Notes: generated by a model not told the origin, from the letters alone. DNA of 64,000 nt from Mobula hypostoma (GCF_963921235.1 NC_086097.1:196418001-196482000), one strand, 5' to 3'. Counted from the first letter of the stretch, positions 1-12,730 are shown. A program made the numbers and translations.

Positions 1-3000
1 ACTTTATTAGCTATGTCTGTATACCTCATTAATGTAAATTTCTAATCAGCCAATCATGTGGCAGTACCTCAGTGCATAAAAGCATGGAGACATGGTCGTG
101 GTTCATTTGTTGTGCAGACCAAACATCAGAACGGGGAAGAAATGTGATCTAAGTGACTTCGACTGTGGAATGAGTGTTGGTGCCGGACGGAGTAGTTTGA
201 ATAACTCATAAACTGTTGAGTAGTAGTGAGGTCAGAGATGGTATTAAACAGGAAATTAGAAATGTGTGCAATAAAGGAACAGCAGTTATAATGGGTGACT
301 TCAATCTACATGTAGATTGGGTGAACCAAATTGGTAAAGGTGCTGAGGAAGAGGATTTCTTGGAATGTATGCGGGATGGTTTTTTGAACCAACATGTCGA
401 GGAACCAACTAGAGAGCAGGCTATTCTGGACTGGGTTTTGAGCAATGAGGAAGGGTTAATTAGCGATCTTGTCGTGAGAGGCCCCTTGGGTAAGAGTGAC
501 CATAATATGGTGGAATTCTTCATTAAGATGGAGAGTGACATAGTTAATTCAGAAACAAAGGTTCTGAACTTAAAGAGGGGTAACTTCGAAGGTATGAGAC
601 GTGAATTAGCTAATATAGACTGGCAAATGACACTTAAAGGATTGACGGTGGATATGCAATGGCAAGCATTTAAAGGTTGCATGGATGAACTACAACAATT
701 GTTCATCCCAGTTTGGCAAAAGAATAAATCAAGGAAGGTAGTGCACCAGTGGCTGACAAGAGAAATTAGGGATAGTATCAATTCCAAAGAAGAAGCATAC
801 AAATTAGCCAGAGAAAGTGGCTCATCTGAGGACTGGGAGAAATTCAGAGTTCAGCAGAGGAGGACAAAGGGCTTAATTAGGAAGGGGAAAAAAGATTATG
901 AGAGAAAACTGGCAGGGAACATAAAAATGGACTGTAAAAGCTTTTATAGATATGTAAAAAGGAAAAGACTGGTAAAGACAAATGTAGGTCCCCTGCAGAC
1001 AGAAACAGGTGAATTGATTATGGGGAGCAAGGACATGGCAGACCAATTGAATAATTACTTTGGTTCTGTCTTCACTAAGGAGGACATAAATAATCTTCCA
1101 GAAATAGTGGGGGACAGAGGGTCCAGTGAGATGGAGGAACTGAGCGAAATACATGTTAGTAGGGAAGTGGTGTTAGGTAAATTGAAGGGATTGAAGGCAG
1201 ATAAATCCCCAGGGCCAGATGGTCTGCATCCTAGAGTGCTTAAGGAAGTAGCCCAAGAAATAGTGGATGCATTAGTGATAATTTTTCAAAACTCGTTAGA
1301 TTCTGGACTAGTTCCTGAGGATTGGAGGGTGGCTAATGTAACTCCACTTTTTAAAAAAGGAGGGAGAGAGAAACCGGGAAATTATAGACCGGTTAGCCTA
1401 ACGTCGGTGGTGGGGAAGCTGCTGGAGTCAGTTATCAAGGATGTGATAACAGCACATTTGGAAAGCGGTGAAATGATCGGACAAAGTCAGCATGGATTTG
1501 TGAAAGGAAAATCATATCTGACGAATCTCATAGAATTTTTTGAGGATGTAACTGGTAGAGTGGATAGGGGAGAACCAGTGGATGTGGTATATTTGGATTT
1601 TCAAAAGGCTTTTGACAAGGTCCCACACAGGAGATTAGTGTGCAAACTTAAAGCACACGGTATTGGGGGTAAGGTATTGGTGTGGGTGGAGAATTGGTTA
1701 GCAGACAGGAAGCAAAGAGTGGGAATAAACGGGACCTTTTCAGAATGGCAGGCGGTGATGAGTGGGGTACCGCAGGCTCAGTGCTGGGACCCCAGTTGTT
1801 TACAATATATATTAATGACTTGGATGAGGGAATTAAATGCAGCATCTCCAAGTTTGCGGATGACACGAAGCTGGGTGGCAGTGTTAGCTGTGAGGAGGAT
1901 GCTAAGAGGATGCAGGGTGACTTGGGTAGGTTGGGTGAGTGGGCAAATTCATGGCAGATGCAATTTAATGTGGATAAATGTGAAGTTATCCAGTTTGGTG
2001 GCAAAAATAGGAAAACAGATTATTATCTGAATGGTGGCCGATTAGGAAAAGGGGAGGTGCAATGAGACCTGGGTGTCATTATACACCAGTCATTGAAAGT
2101 GGGCATGCAGGTACAGCAGGCGGTGAAAAAGGCGAATGGTATGCTGGCATTTATAGCAAGAGGATTCGAGTACAGGAGCAGGGAGGTACTACTGCAGTTG
2201 TACAAGGCCTTGGTGAGACCACACCTGGAGTATTGTGTGCAGTTTTGGTCCCCTAATCTGAGGAAAGACATCCTTGCCATTGAGGGGGTACAAAGAAGGT
2301 TCACCAGATTGATTCCTGGGATGGCAGGACGTTCATATGAAGAAAGACTGGATGAACTGGGCTTGTACTCGTTGGAATTTAGAAGATTGAGGGGGGATCT
2401 GATTGAAACCTATAAGATCCTAAAGGGATTGGACAGGCTAGATGCAGGAAGATTGTTCCCGATGTTGGGGAAGTCCAGAACGAGAGGCCACAGTTTGAGG
2501 ATAGAGGGGAAGCCTTTTAGGACCGAGATTAGGAAAAACTTCTTCACACAGAGAGTGGTGAATCTGTGGAATTCTCTGCCACAGGAAACAGTTGAGGCCA
2601 GTTCATTAGCTATATTTAAGAGGGAGTTAGATATGGCCCTTGTGGCTACGGGGGTCAGGGAGTATGGAGGGAAGGCTGGGGCGGGGTTCTGCGTTGGATG
2701 ATCAGCCATGATCATAATAAATGGCGGTGCAGGCTCGAAGGGCCGAATGGCCTACTCCTGCACCTATTTTCTATGTTTCTATATCCTAGGATTTTTATGC
2801 ACAACAGTTACTACAGTTTATAGAGAATGGCGTGAAAACAAAAAATATCCAGTGAGCAGCAGTTCTGTGGGTGAAAACACCTGTTAATGAGTGCGGGCAG
2901 AGGAGAATGGCCAGACTGGTTCAAGCTGTCAGCAACTCCAATAACCATGTGTTACAATGGTGGTGTGCAGAAGAGCATCTCTGAACGCACAACACATCGA

Positions 3001-3102
3001 ACCTTGAAGTAGATGGGCTTTCAGCAGCAGGAGACCACAAACATACACTCAGTGGCCATTTTAATAGGTGCAGGAGGTTCCTAATAAAGTAGCCACTAAG
3101 TT
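1..3102 (+). mobile_element. Non-autonomous Tc1-like DNA transposon (1-218 and 2781-3102), split by a CR1 insertion; left end runs off the window
   Basis: Window starts inside the TIR (actttattag), matching the reverse complement of cctaataaagtagccact near 3080-3097. Decayed Tc1 transposase N-terminal coding sequence continues across the CR1 insertion point. Confidence 0.75.
219..2780 (+). mobile_element. CR1 LINE, 5'-truncated (family A), ORF2 disabled; in the last ESCO1 intron
   Basis: ORFs 216-2030, 1682-2065 and 2093-2701 give the APE endonuclease C-part (GDFN, SDH), RT (YLDFQKAFD, FADD) and CR1 C-terminus. Frameshift near 1775, TGA at 2063, ttctatgtttcta tail. Confidence 0.95.
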
Positions 3103-3579
3103 TTCCAAATGTAATATCTTAGTTGTGTGCAGCTATAATCTACGAGTCCCATTATATATCATTGTATTCCTCGGAATTGATTTGATAAAACTGCAAGAAC
3201 TGAACTGTGCCACATGGAAACAAGCAAATTTGAGTAGTCTTCTGAAGTTTATTTTCTGGTTAATTGAATGGTTATTTGCTGGTGAGAATGTTATGCATAA
3301 GGCAAAACCAGTCCTCTGAACCTAAACTTTTAATTCTGTCAGACCTGCCTTTCTGTCAGACTGGATTTTTCTTTTAAAAAAAAATCTTAACTTCTAACTA
3401 TGTGAAATGGCACTGAAACTACTCTCCCTACAAACTTAAATAAAAAAAAGTTTTCCAAATAGCTGATCAACTGGGTGCATTTATTCTCATTTTTCTCCAC
3501 TTATGCAAGTGACCACCATTTCCCAGTCACTCAGCTCCACATTTTAATCTTGATTGATACTTTGTCAATCACCCTGAAG

Positions 3580-3925
3580 ACTCACCCCCTCCACCACCTA
3601 TGCACAGTGACGACTCTGTGTACTGTCTACAAAATGCAATGTATTATCTTGATTATTCTATCAAACTTGTCGTTTCTACCAGCAAGGAATATGGAACACT
3701 GCCACCTGCAGATATGTTCCAGGATGTACACCATTGTGAGTTGGACAAATAACACCATACTTTGAGTCTAAATCCTGGAATTCCCTACCTAATCAATCCT
3801 TGGGAGTTCCTTCGCCTAAAGCACAACAGCAATTCAAAAAGTATCTTGCATCTTCTCCAGGGCAAATAGGGATGTGCATTAAAGCTGGCCTTGCTGGCAT
3901 GCCCAGGTCTTGAGCAATGAATAAA
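3580..3925 (+). mobile_element. Old LINE (CR1/L2-type) 3' fragment
   Basis: Ends in a decayed form of the tail gggcaataaatgctggccttgccagcgacgcccacatccca...aatgaataaa, recalled from ancient vertebrate LINE/SINE 3' ends. Confidence 0.5.
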
Positions 3926-4251
3926 CATAGAACATAGAAATTTACAGCATATTAAAGGCCCTTCGGCCCACAACTTGTGCTGACCATGTAACTTACTCTG
4001 GAGACTGCCTAGAATTTCCCTAGTGCATAGCCCTCTATTTTTCTAAGCTCCATGTGGCTCTTAAAAGACCCTATTGTATCCGCTTCTGCCACCGCCGGCA
4101 GTGCATTCCACACACTCAGCACGCTCTGTGTGGGAAAAACTTACCCCTGACGTCCCCCTTGTACCTATTTCCAAGCACCTTAAAGCTATGCCCCCTCACG
4201 TTAGCCACTTCAGTCCTGGGAAAAAGCCTTTGGCTCTCCACACAATCAATG
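3922..4251 (-). mobile_element. CR1 3' fragment
   Basis: aacatagaacatagaa tail followed by the reverse-complemented CR1 3' region; similar to 14064-14652. Confidence 0.8.
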
Positions 4252-4845
4252 TCCCAAAGATAGTCATATTTTTTGCTACTGAGGAGGTGCTGTGTTAATT
4301 TGTTTCTTAGATATGTGCATTTAGTGTTTTGCTCATATTCTTCCTCTTAATGTTGCTATTTTGTTCAATTTCAAAACAAAGTCTTGAGTAGAATGACATA
4401 TACTACACATGTAATGTTCTGTTAGGGATAAAATTACTTTTTTAAACTAATAACCTTCAAAGAATTAGTAGGTTTTAACTAATTGGGGCTAAGTTTTACA
4501 ATCAAATGGACATTCCCAAGTGATTTAGAATCTTACAGAAGTAGTTTAGAATCATTTGCTTTATTGCTTTATTTAATTAATTGTATTTGAATGAAACATA
4601 TTCAACTTGCATTGCAAACATCCAATTAGATTGTTTGAAGGACATACTTATGCTGCAGAAAGGTCACCTTGCTGAAGTTTATTTTTTCCTGGAGAAAGGG
4701 GGAAAAAGAAATTCACTGAAAACTTCTCTGTGAAACTGAACTCAAAAACATTTAGGATGTCATGTAATTATTTTTGTTCCTTTAACTTGGCTTGTTAACA
4801 CTTGTGATGTATTTATCTGTAAATCATGAATTTATTATTTTGCAG

Positions 4846-4978
4846 GAGTAATTTTGTATATGGCTCCTATTTGAGCAAAGACGAGATTGCGTTCTCAGAT
4901 CCTACTCCGGATGGTAAACTCTTTGCAACCCAATATTGTGGAACACCCAGATTCCTGGTGTACAACTTTGTCAGTTAA
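4846..4978 (+). CDS. ESCO1: Last coding exon of cohesin acetyltransferase ESCO1
   Basis: Acceptor ttttgcag|G, phase 2. Translates [43 protein letters not shown], the Eco1 acetyltransferase C-terminus. The YGSYLSK and ATQYCGT residues and tail-to-tail synteny with GREB1L favour ESCO1 over ESCO2. Confidence 0.93.
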
Positions 4979-6654
4979 CCTCACAAGAAACCTCTCAACT
5001 ACCAGTGAAGATCTTTTTTCATACAGCCTTAGACAATTTGTATAATTGTACATGAACCTTCATAAATTGACACATAGTTTCAGGGGCTGGATAGTAGGAA
5101 CTGTACTGCTTTTTTATTATTGTGAGCTCAGGACTGATGACAACCAAGTGGTTGATAATATAGTTAAAAAACTGGAATGGATGCAGTAGCGTTTGATCTT
5201 GATTTGTATTTTAAAGTCAAAATAGTTTTTTTTTCCCAGAAAAGCATGCACCATTATTTAGTTCAGTCATGCTCACGGATACTTGGATGTTTTACATAAA
5301 AAACATTAAACTTCTGTAAATATGCTCTAAAACTGAGAAACTGAGTTTTCTAAATCTGCTCTGTGGCCTTCTTGGTCTGTATAAAAGACAAGCAGCTTGG
5401 TCTATGTATATACTGTACAGTGAGCAAGCAGCTTTGAATATGATATCTGAATTATTGTGAAAGGTGCCTGTAAATTTCCTAGTTTCTGTTTCAGGGATAT
5501 CAGGCTACCATACTAAAGACTAAACATCTTGAGGTTGTCTGATCAGTTGCATATGTTATTGAACTGTTTAAAAACAAAATTGTCATTGTTTTTAATTTTG
5601 CTCTGGGAATATACAGTTGTCAGTACAAAATGTAATACCTCATTTAATATTAACGTTGAACCACTGCAATATTTGGTGTCCAAGATTACAGTTGACACCT
5701 GTATTAATGATGACTCTTGGTTTTCAAAAGGTTTGTTAACTTTACCTTAAGAGTAGCTTATATAAATTTAATAACTGTGCCTTTTTCACTGTAGGTCACA
5801 ATTTCAGATTGAATGCAATGGTTTTAACCTGTTTAAATAGGGTAGTTCTAGAAAATTACAGCTTTATTTTAAAACTTAAGAGCAGATCAGTACATTACAA
5901 GGATCAGTAAGCACACTATTCCTGACGATATAAACATGGATTCAAAAGTTGTTACCAGCTTGCATGGTAAATACTGTAGCGAATTTTATTTAAGATTTCC
6001 ACACTACTTGCCATTGCCTTTAAAAATTCAACCTGTTTCTTGATTTTTCTGAGTTCAATAAATTGAATTATGAGTAGTTTACCTTTACAAGAACTAGACA
6101 GCCCTGAAACAAATATTTGAAGTTAATTTATACTTTAACAAATCAACAAGAGATCTCACATGTCAACAACTGAGCCTGATTAATTTGCTTCTTATACATG
6201 TTGAGATCACTTGTTAGCTTAAAGTCCAAAACTGAAAACCTAAAACCTTTTCTCCCATGAGGAGCAAAATTGAGGATTGTTGTATGATTTGTTTGATTTT
6301 TGTATTCCCGGATCTGATGAGCTTGCTACTTTTTGAATACATCTTAAAACCTTTTCAGCAATGTTCATACTGATGCTGAGTATTAGTTGGTATTGTGCTA
6401 TAAGTTGATTGAGCCATAGTAATGTACATTGCTTTAATCTGCAGAATTCCAAGATATTGATGACTCCTGGACTGTTTATGTTTTCTCAGCCTGGGTCGTA
6501 TGGGGATATGAAGTGAAATGTTCTTTTGCCTAAAATTTAAATGTTTTTTATTAACTGGTTATGACTAAGGTATTAAATTAAAAATATTGTTTTGGTAAGT
6601 GGCTTGTAGTTTGATTTTGTTTTTTAATGGGATGGTATTGAAGTGGAAGTTAGT

Positions 6655-6675
6655 TGTGTGTGTGTGTGTGTGTGT
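6655..6675. repeat. (TG)n microsatellite
   Basis: About 10 TG units read directly. Confidence 0.9.
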
Positions 6676-7119
6676 AAAACTTGGAATGCAGGTAATATTT
6701 TATTGCTAAATGTTTTTAATATTGGTTACTTTTTAAATTAAAAGTACTTAAACTATTCACAGCATAAAAAAATCAAAAGATGCAGTGAATTCCATTTAGC
6801 AACAACTGCAGAATGTATAGAGCAGAATTTCAGCCCAGTGTTCTGTTCATGCACTGGAGTTCAGAAAAATTATTATTTATCTCTGATAACAATTACTTGT
6901 AAATAGTTATAAAATTGTCATGTTGCAATGTAGAAAATTGGTAGGATCTGGAAGATGTAATCTTAACATCTCACTATCCCCTTGTGCATTATTTTCTAGT
7001 GTTTGGCTGTTCCCAAAGTGGTAATTGGATTTGTACCATAATGGTGCATTTTGTTTTTAATATTCCAGTTAAATACTGGTAAATGCCATGTTGCCTGAGG
7101 ATGCGTGCTGTTATCAGCA

Positions 7120-7365
7120 TTGCTGCTGGTTCTTAAGCCCATCACACCTACTGAGGCATTTGCCGCCGACAGCAGCTCGCCATAGTCCTCTGTCCTAAAC
7201 AAGTATTTCAAGGCCAGGTGCTGCCCATCTTCTAGGCAAAGATTCTTCCTCTCTAAAGGATGAGGTTTTTGGAGCTTCTGTTGGCGTTTGTCACACTGGA
7301 TTTTTATGGCACAATGTTGCTAGCTCCATGCCAATGTCATCCTTTCACAGCCAAGTTTGGGACTG
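7120..7365 (-). mobile_element. Short RTE-derived non-autonomous element, decayed
   Basis: RTE-like 3' part (cagcagctcgccatagtcctctgtcc) joined to an RTE-like 5' part (tttttatggcacaatgttgctagctccatgcc). Confidence 0.4.
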
Positions 7366-8292
7366 TTCATGACTGAGTTATCAACATTGCTTCCAAACTA
7401 TAAAATGGCTCTCTGCAACTCAGGCATATGGTATGAATCTTAACGATAAATGTGCACATACCAGTTTTGATTTGCTTTAACTGGGAGAAGACTAAAATTG
7501 TAAATGTGATGCTGTTATTCGCTCTGACTCTATTTGCACTAAATTTTAAATGGACCAAATACAACTGGTTAAAATTAACCTTTTACTTGTATATTAATTC
7601 TGAATTGTTCATAATTAAATCCATATGAGCAGACTTGGTTGCATTTAAATGATTGCTTAATGATTTTGAGAAACCATGATTTTACAGAACAATGCACAAA
7701 TGTGAATGTGTAGACATACAGTAATACTTGACAAACTTTGCAAATAAGATACCCACAATTTAATTTAATTAATACATTGACTTTTGTATCTTTTGTAGAA
7801 CTAGTTTTTGCATTCCAAATGTGAAAATTTGGAATTCTTATGTTTTACTTAATAGCAATCTTTGTGTGCATTATTTTCATGGTGAGTATTATCTTGTAAT
7901 TTGATCATAGATCTGGTCTTTTTTTCCCAAGTGGGAGACTATTAATATATCCCATTTGGAAGACTTACCGTGCAATGTAATTGGGAAAATGTTCTGGACT
8001 ATAAATTACAAATTACTTTGTACAATAAATTTGATTGTTGGAGGGCTAAGTGATGTTTAGTTGAATTAGTTCTGATAAAGCAAGTAAACCATTTAAAAAA
8101 ACAAATAAAAGTAGAACTAAATTTCTCTTGAGTAATAGGATTTCCTGTCTTTCCAAATTATACATCGCCTCAAAGTATGTTGCCTAAAACCAGATTTTGG
8201 CATCTATGAAAACCAGCTGAAACCTAAAGGTAACACACATCAAAGTTGCTGGTGAACGCAGCAGGCCAGGCAGCATCTATAGGAAGAGGCGC

Positions 8293-8328
8293 AGTCGACG
8301 TTTCAGGCCGAGACCCGTCGTCAGGACT
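8293..8328 (-). ncRNA. Minimal hammerhead ribozyme, antisense twin
   Basis: Reverse complement reads AGUCCUGACGACGGGUCUCGGCCUGAAACGUCGACU. Confidence 0.75.
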
Positions 8329-8344
8329 AACTGAAGGAAGAGTT

Positions 8345-8380
8345 AGTCCTGACGAAGGGTCTCGGCCTGAAACGTCGACT
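8345..8380 (+). ncRNA. Minimal type I hammerhead ribozyme (Penelope-type)
   Basis: AGUC-CUGACGA-A-GGGU(CUCG)GCCU-GAA-ACGU-C^GACU: conserved core, stem I AGUC/GACU, palindromic ACGU stem III, GUC cleavage triplet ending at 8376. Confidence 0.8.
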
Positions 8381-8757
8381 GCGCCTCTTCCTATAGATGC
8401 TGCCTGGCCTGCTGCGTTCACCAGCAACTTTGATGTGTGTTGCTTGAATTTCCAGCATCTGCAGAATTCCTGTTGTTTGAAACCTAAAGGTAACAGTTGC
8501 TTGTCCACCTCTTTTTTTGCCCCCCCATCATTCTAAATATGAAAATAGCAACATACGCAATGCTTCTGTTATCCATGCTGACTGAAAAGATGAGTAACTC
8601 ATTCCATGACTTGTATCTTTTGTACCAGAAGTGATGAGTTTGGATTTTGTTGTGTAGCTTAAGATATTAAGTTGCCATTTTTCATGAACTCTAATTATAA
8701 TTGATTAAATCTGTTCTACGGGTATCTTAAACAATTGTACCTATTAATACTGAATAC

Positions 8758-10060
8758 GCCATTTAAACAATCGCAGTCCAGGTTCAATAAAGTATGTGAA
8801 CCCTAAGGCCGCCTTAAAAAAAAAAGCTATTTGGAGTTAACTGTTCCAGTCGATGAGATGGGAAGTGTGGGCTGTAGAGGTGCCCTGCCTGATTTTTAAA
8901 GAGACAAAGTCAGGTTACTGACAGCCTGCTCTTCTCAAGAAAAATCTCTTTATGTGCACCATGCCTTGACCAAAACAACTTTCAGGAGACCTTAGAAGAA
9001 TTGTAGAGATGCATGAAGCTGGGAAAGGCCACAAAAGTATTTCCAAAGATCTGAGTGTTCATCAGTCTACAATAAGAGAAATTATCTGCAAATGTAGGAA
9101 ATCCAGTACTGTTGCTACTCTGCAAAGATCACACCCAGAGCACAACGTGTAATGCTGAAGGAGGTGAAAAAGAACCCAAGGGTAACCGCAAAAGATCTGC
9201 AAAAATCTCTAGAGCTTGCTAAAGTCTCCATTCATACGTTCACTATAAGAAAAACACTGAACAAGAATGGTGCTCATGGAAGGACACCATGGAGGAAACC
9301 ACTGCTCCAAAAAAAGCATTGCTACACATTTCAGGTTTGCAAAAGAGCACCTAGATGTTCCACAATTGTTCTGGGACAATGTTCAGTTGGTAGAAGAGCA
9401 CATCACTATGTTTCAGGATAAAGGTCACTGCACGCCAACATCTAAATTGTGATGCATGGAGGAAAGAGCATTATGGTTTGGGGCTGCTTTGCTGCCTCAG
9501 GACTTGGACTGCTTGCAATCATTGAGGGAACAATGAATTCAAAATTGTATCAAGGCATTTTCGTCAGGGTAGCAGTCCATCACATGAAGCTTAATAGAAG
9601 TTGGATGATGCGACAAGCCAATGATCAAGTCAGAGTCCAAACCCTAACCCAATTGAGGTACTGTGGCATGACCTGAAGAGGCCTGTTCATGCAAGGTATG
9701 CCAGAAATATTGATGAACTGAAACAGTTTTACATAGGGGAATGGTCTAAAATTCTTCCTCACCATTGTGCAAGTCTAATCGGTAACTACAGGAAATGTGT
9801 GGTGGAGGTTATTGTTGCTAAAGAAGGTTCTACCAGTTATTAAATACAAGAATTCACATACTTTTTGCAGTCTGGACTATGAATGATTAAGCAATGTATT
9901 CAATAAAGACATGAAAAGTGCAATTGTTTGTGTTATTAGTACGGGCAGATTGTGTTTGTCTATTATTATGATTTGGATGAAGATCAGACCACATTTTATG
10001 AGTAATTAATGCAGAAAACCAGGTAATTGCAAAGGATTCACAATGTTTTTCTTGCAACTG
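8758..10060 (+). mobile_element. Tc1 transposon with decayed transposase (about 8961-9843); left inverted repeat truncated
   Basis: ORFs give KNPRVTAKDLQKSL and HGGKSIMVWGCFAASG. Right end ttcttgcaactg|ta. The inner repeat at 9851-9890 mirrors 8758-8802. Confidence 0.88.
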
Positions 10061-10084
10061 TACACTTCCTGGCATATTCCATCT

Positions 10085-11094
10085 GCAAACACGAGGAATT
10101 CTGTAGATGCTGGAAATTCAAGTAAAACACATCAGAGTTGCTGGTGAACGCAGCAGGCCAGGCAGCATCTCTAGGAAGAGGTACAGTCGACATTTCGGGC
10201 CGAAAGCCTTCGTCAGGATTAGCTGAAGGAAGAGCTAGCAAGAGATTTGAGAGGGGGAGGGGGAGATCCAAAATGATAGGAGAAGACAGGAGGGGGAGAG
10301 ATGGAGCCAAGAGCTTGGACAGGTGATTGGCAAAGGGGATGTGAGAGGATCATGGGACAGGAGACCCAGGGAGAAGTGGAGGGGGGGGGGGGGAGAACCC
10401 AGATGGCCAAGGGGTATAGTCAGAGGGAGAAAAAGGAGAGAGAGAAAATGTGTATATAAATAAATAATGGATGGGTACGAGGGGGAGGTGGGGCATTAGC
10501 AGAAGTTAGAGAAGTCAATGTTCATGCCATCGGGTTGGAGGCTACCCAGACGGAATACAAGGTGTTGTTCCTCCAACCTGATATGTCTATCCATGGCCTC
10601 CTGTACTGTAAAGATGAAGCCACACTCAGGTTGGAGGAAAAACACCTTGTATTCCGTCCGGGTAGCCTCCAACCCGATGGCATGAACATTGACTTCTCAA
10701 ACTTCTGCTAATGCCCCTCCTCCCCCTTGTAGCCCATCCATTATTTATTTATATACACACATTCTTTCTTTCTCTCTCTTTCTCCCTCTGACTATACCCC
10801 TTGCCCACCTGGGTTCCCCCCTCCCCCTTTTCCTTCTCTCTGGGCCTCCTGTCCCATGATCCTCTCATATCCCTTTTGCCAATCACCTGTCCAACTCTTG
10901 GCTCCATCCTTCACCCTCCTGTCTTCTCCTATCATTTTGGACCTCCTCCTCCCCCTCCCACTTTCAAATCTCTTACTAGCTCTTCCTTCAGTTAGTCCTG
11001 ACGAAGGGTCTCAGCCTGAAACGTCAACTGTACCTCTTCCTAGAGATGCTGCCTGGCCTGCTGCGTTCACCAGCAACTTTGATGTGAGTTGCTC
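10085..11094. mobile_element. Two Penelope-like 3' ends in inverted orientation (- 10085-10580, + 10581-11094)
   Basis: The + half encodes MSIHGLLYCKDEATLRLEEKHLVFRPGSLQPDGMNIDFSNF* (GIY-YIG C-terminus). Hammerhead motifs at 10185-10220 (-) and 10994-11029 (+). tattccatct is repeated at 10075-10084 and 11098-11107. Confidence 0.88.
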
Positions 11095-12329
11095 CACTAT
11101 TCCATCTACCACTTCTTTGGACATTTGCTTAATCTGTTTTAAATCTTTTTCCCTGCTTCCTCGGCACTACTTGCCTATCCACCTATCTTTGTACTATCTG
11201 CAAACTTAGCTACAAAACCGTTAATTCCTTCATCCAAACCATTGACTATATAACATTAAAAGAAGCAGTCCCAACACCAACCGCTGCAAGTGAAGCACCT
11301 TTCATCCTTTCATTCATGTCACACTTTCCATGTCTGCTGCAAGATTACTCTTTGGAGTGAATAAACATTTGCACCAGTCATGCGCCCATTTAATAATTGT
11401 ATAGATAGCCTCTATGTGCAATGATAACTGTCACATACTGGTCAAAAGTTAACTGACTTTCCTTCTACCATAGTTGACAAAACATTCAGCCATGTCTGTA
11501 TTTCATAGTTTTGCTCTTGCTTTACTCCAGCCAAAACAATGTTATGGTTTCCCTTGTTTTTGCCTTGCACTCCCATAAACCTCCACCTTCAACAGACCAT
11601 CCTCCATAATTTCACCCTTTCCAATAACCTTTCACTTGTGGAGTAAAGATTTGGAGATTCTGTACATTCAGTACTGTGCATGGAACTAGATAGATTCAAA
11701 ATCGGCTCAAAGGTTAGAAGCAGAAAGTGGTGTGTGAAGGTTGTTTCACTGGAGGCTGGTAGTGAGTGATGTGCTGTAGGTGATGGGACCTTTGTTATTT
11801 GTGATTTATATAAATGATATGGATGCAAGTGCACAAGTGTTAATCAGTGTGGATGACACAAAATTAGGTGGTGTGTTTGATAGTGAATAAGGTTATTGCA
11901 GATTACTGGGTTTAATTTCCCGTAGATTACCAGGTCATTTAGGGAAGTTGGACAAAGGGGTGTCAATACTAATAAATGTCAGGTGATACTTTTTGGAAAG
12001 TCAAACAAATGAAAGTCAATACATGAATGATAAAGCACTAGGGAATGTTATGGAACAGGGGAACTTTGTAGTAACAGTTTGTGGAAAGCACCATTTAGGT
12101 GGAAAAGATGTTTAGCACGCTGACCTTCATCAGTCAAGGCATTGAGTATTAGTGTTGAGATATTATATTGCAATTATTTATGTCATTGGTGAGGCTGTTC
12201 TTGGAGCACTGTGTACCATTTTGGTCACCTTGTTATAAGGGACATAGTTAAATTGGACAGTGCAGAAAAGACTTGCAAGGATGTTGCCAGTACTAGTAGC
12301 TCTGAGTTATAAAGAGATTGGTCAGTTTA

Positions 12330-12603
12330 GATATTTTGTTACTTGTACATCAAAACATACAGTGAAATATGTTATTTGCATCATTGACCAAAACAATCTA
12401 AATACTTGGGGGGGGGGGGGGCGGGGTGGTGGAGGCATACATCAGGCACCAATATAGCATGTGGAAGGGTATTAGAGCACCCAGAGGGAAACACGTGACA
12501 TCACAAGGAGAATGTAAAACCCCTTCCAGACAGTGGTGCGAATTGAACCCTGATCACTCATGCTGTGAGGAATTATATTAGCCACAGTGCAATCCTGCCG
12601 CCC
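12330..12603 (-). mobile_element. tRNA-derived V-SINE (HE1-like), decayed
   Basis: Reverse complement starts gggcggcagg, has a B box (gggttcaattc) and V-domain-like acattctccttgtgatgtcacgtgtttccctctgggtgctc. Confidence 0.65.
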
Positions 12604-12730
12604 ACGTGGAACAAAGAATCTACAATGGGTATTCTTACAGAAATATTTAAAGTGATGAGAGGCATAGATAAGGTGGATGGTAACAGCCTCCCCCCCCCCG
12701 CCCCAAAGTAGCCTAAAACTAGGAGGTATA

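Larger units (their letters stand above)
4979..8050 (+). other. ESCO1: Putative ESCO1 3' UTR with candidate polyA signals AATAAA at 6057-6062 and 8024-8029
   Basis: AT-rich and mostly repeat-poor. The distal signal is preceded by TGTA and followed by a G/T-rich tract. The true end cannot be fixed from DNA alone. Confidence 0.45.
8232..8478. mobile_element. Penelope-like element 3' end forming a fold-back palindrome (101-bp arms, 8-bp loop)
   Basis: Arms 8232-8332 and 8341-8441 match at 100/101 positions. Direct repeat tgaaacctaaaggtaaca at 8218-8235 and 8478-8495. The same terminus is joined to GIY-YIG coding sequence at 10581-11094. Confidence 0.9.

Noticed and set aside
206..2715. Long antisense ORFs over CR1 copies (also at 42488-45237 and 54660-56122)
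   Set aside because: Shadow frames of LINE ORF2 that recur in every copy.
4846..4978. ESCO2 as the identity of this exon
   Set aside because: Residues and adjacency to GREB1L fit ESCO1 better; not confirmed by a search.
8224..8536. Two ORFs on opposite strands with almost the same peptide
   Set aside because: A by-product of the DNA palindrome, not a protein-coding gene.
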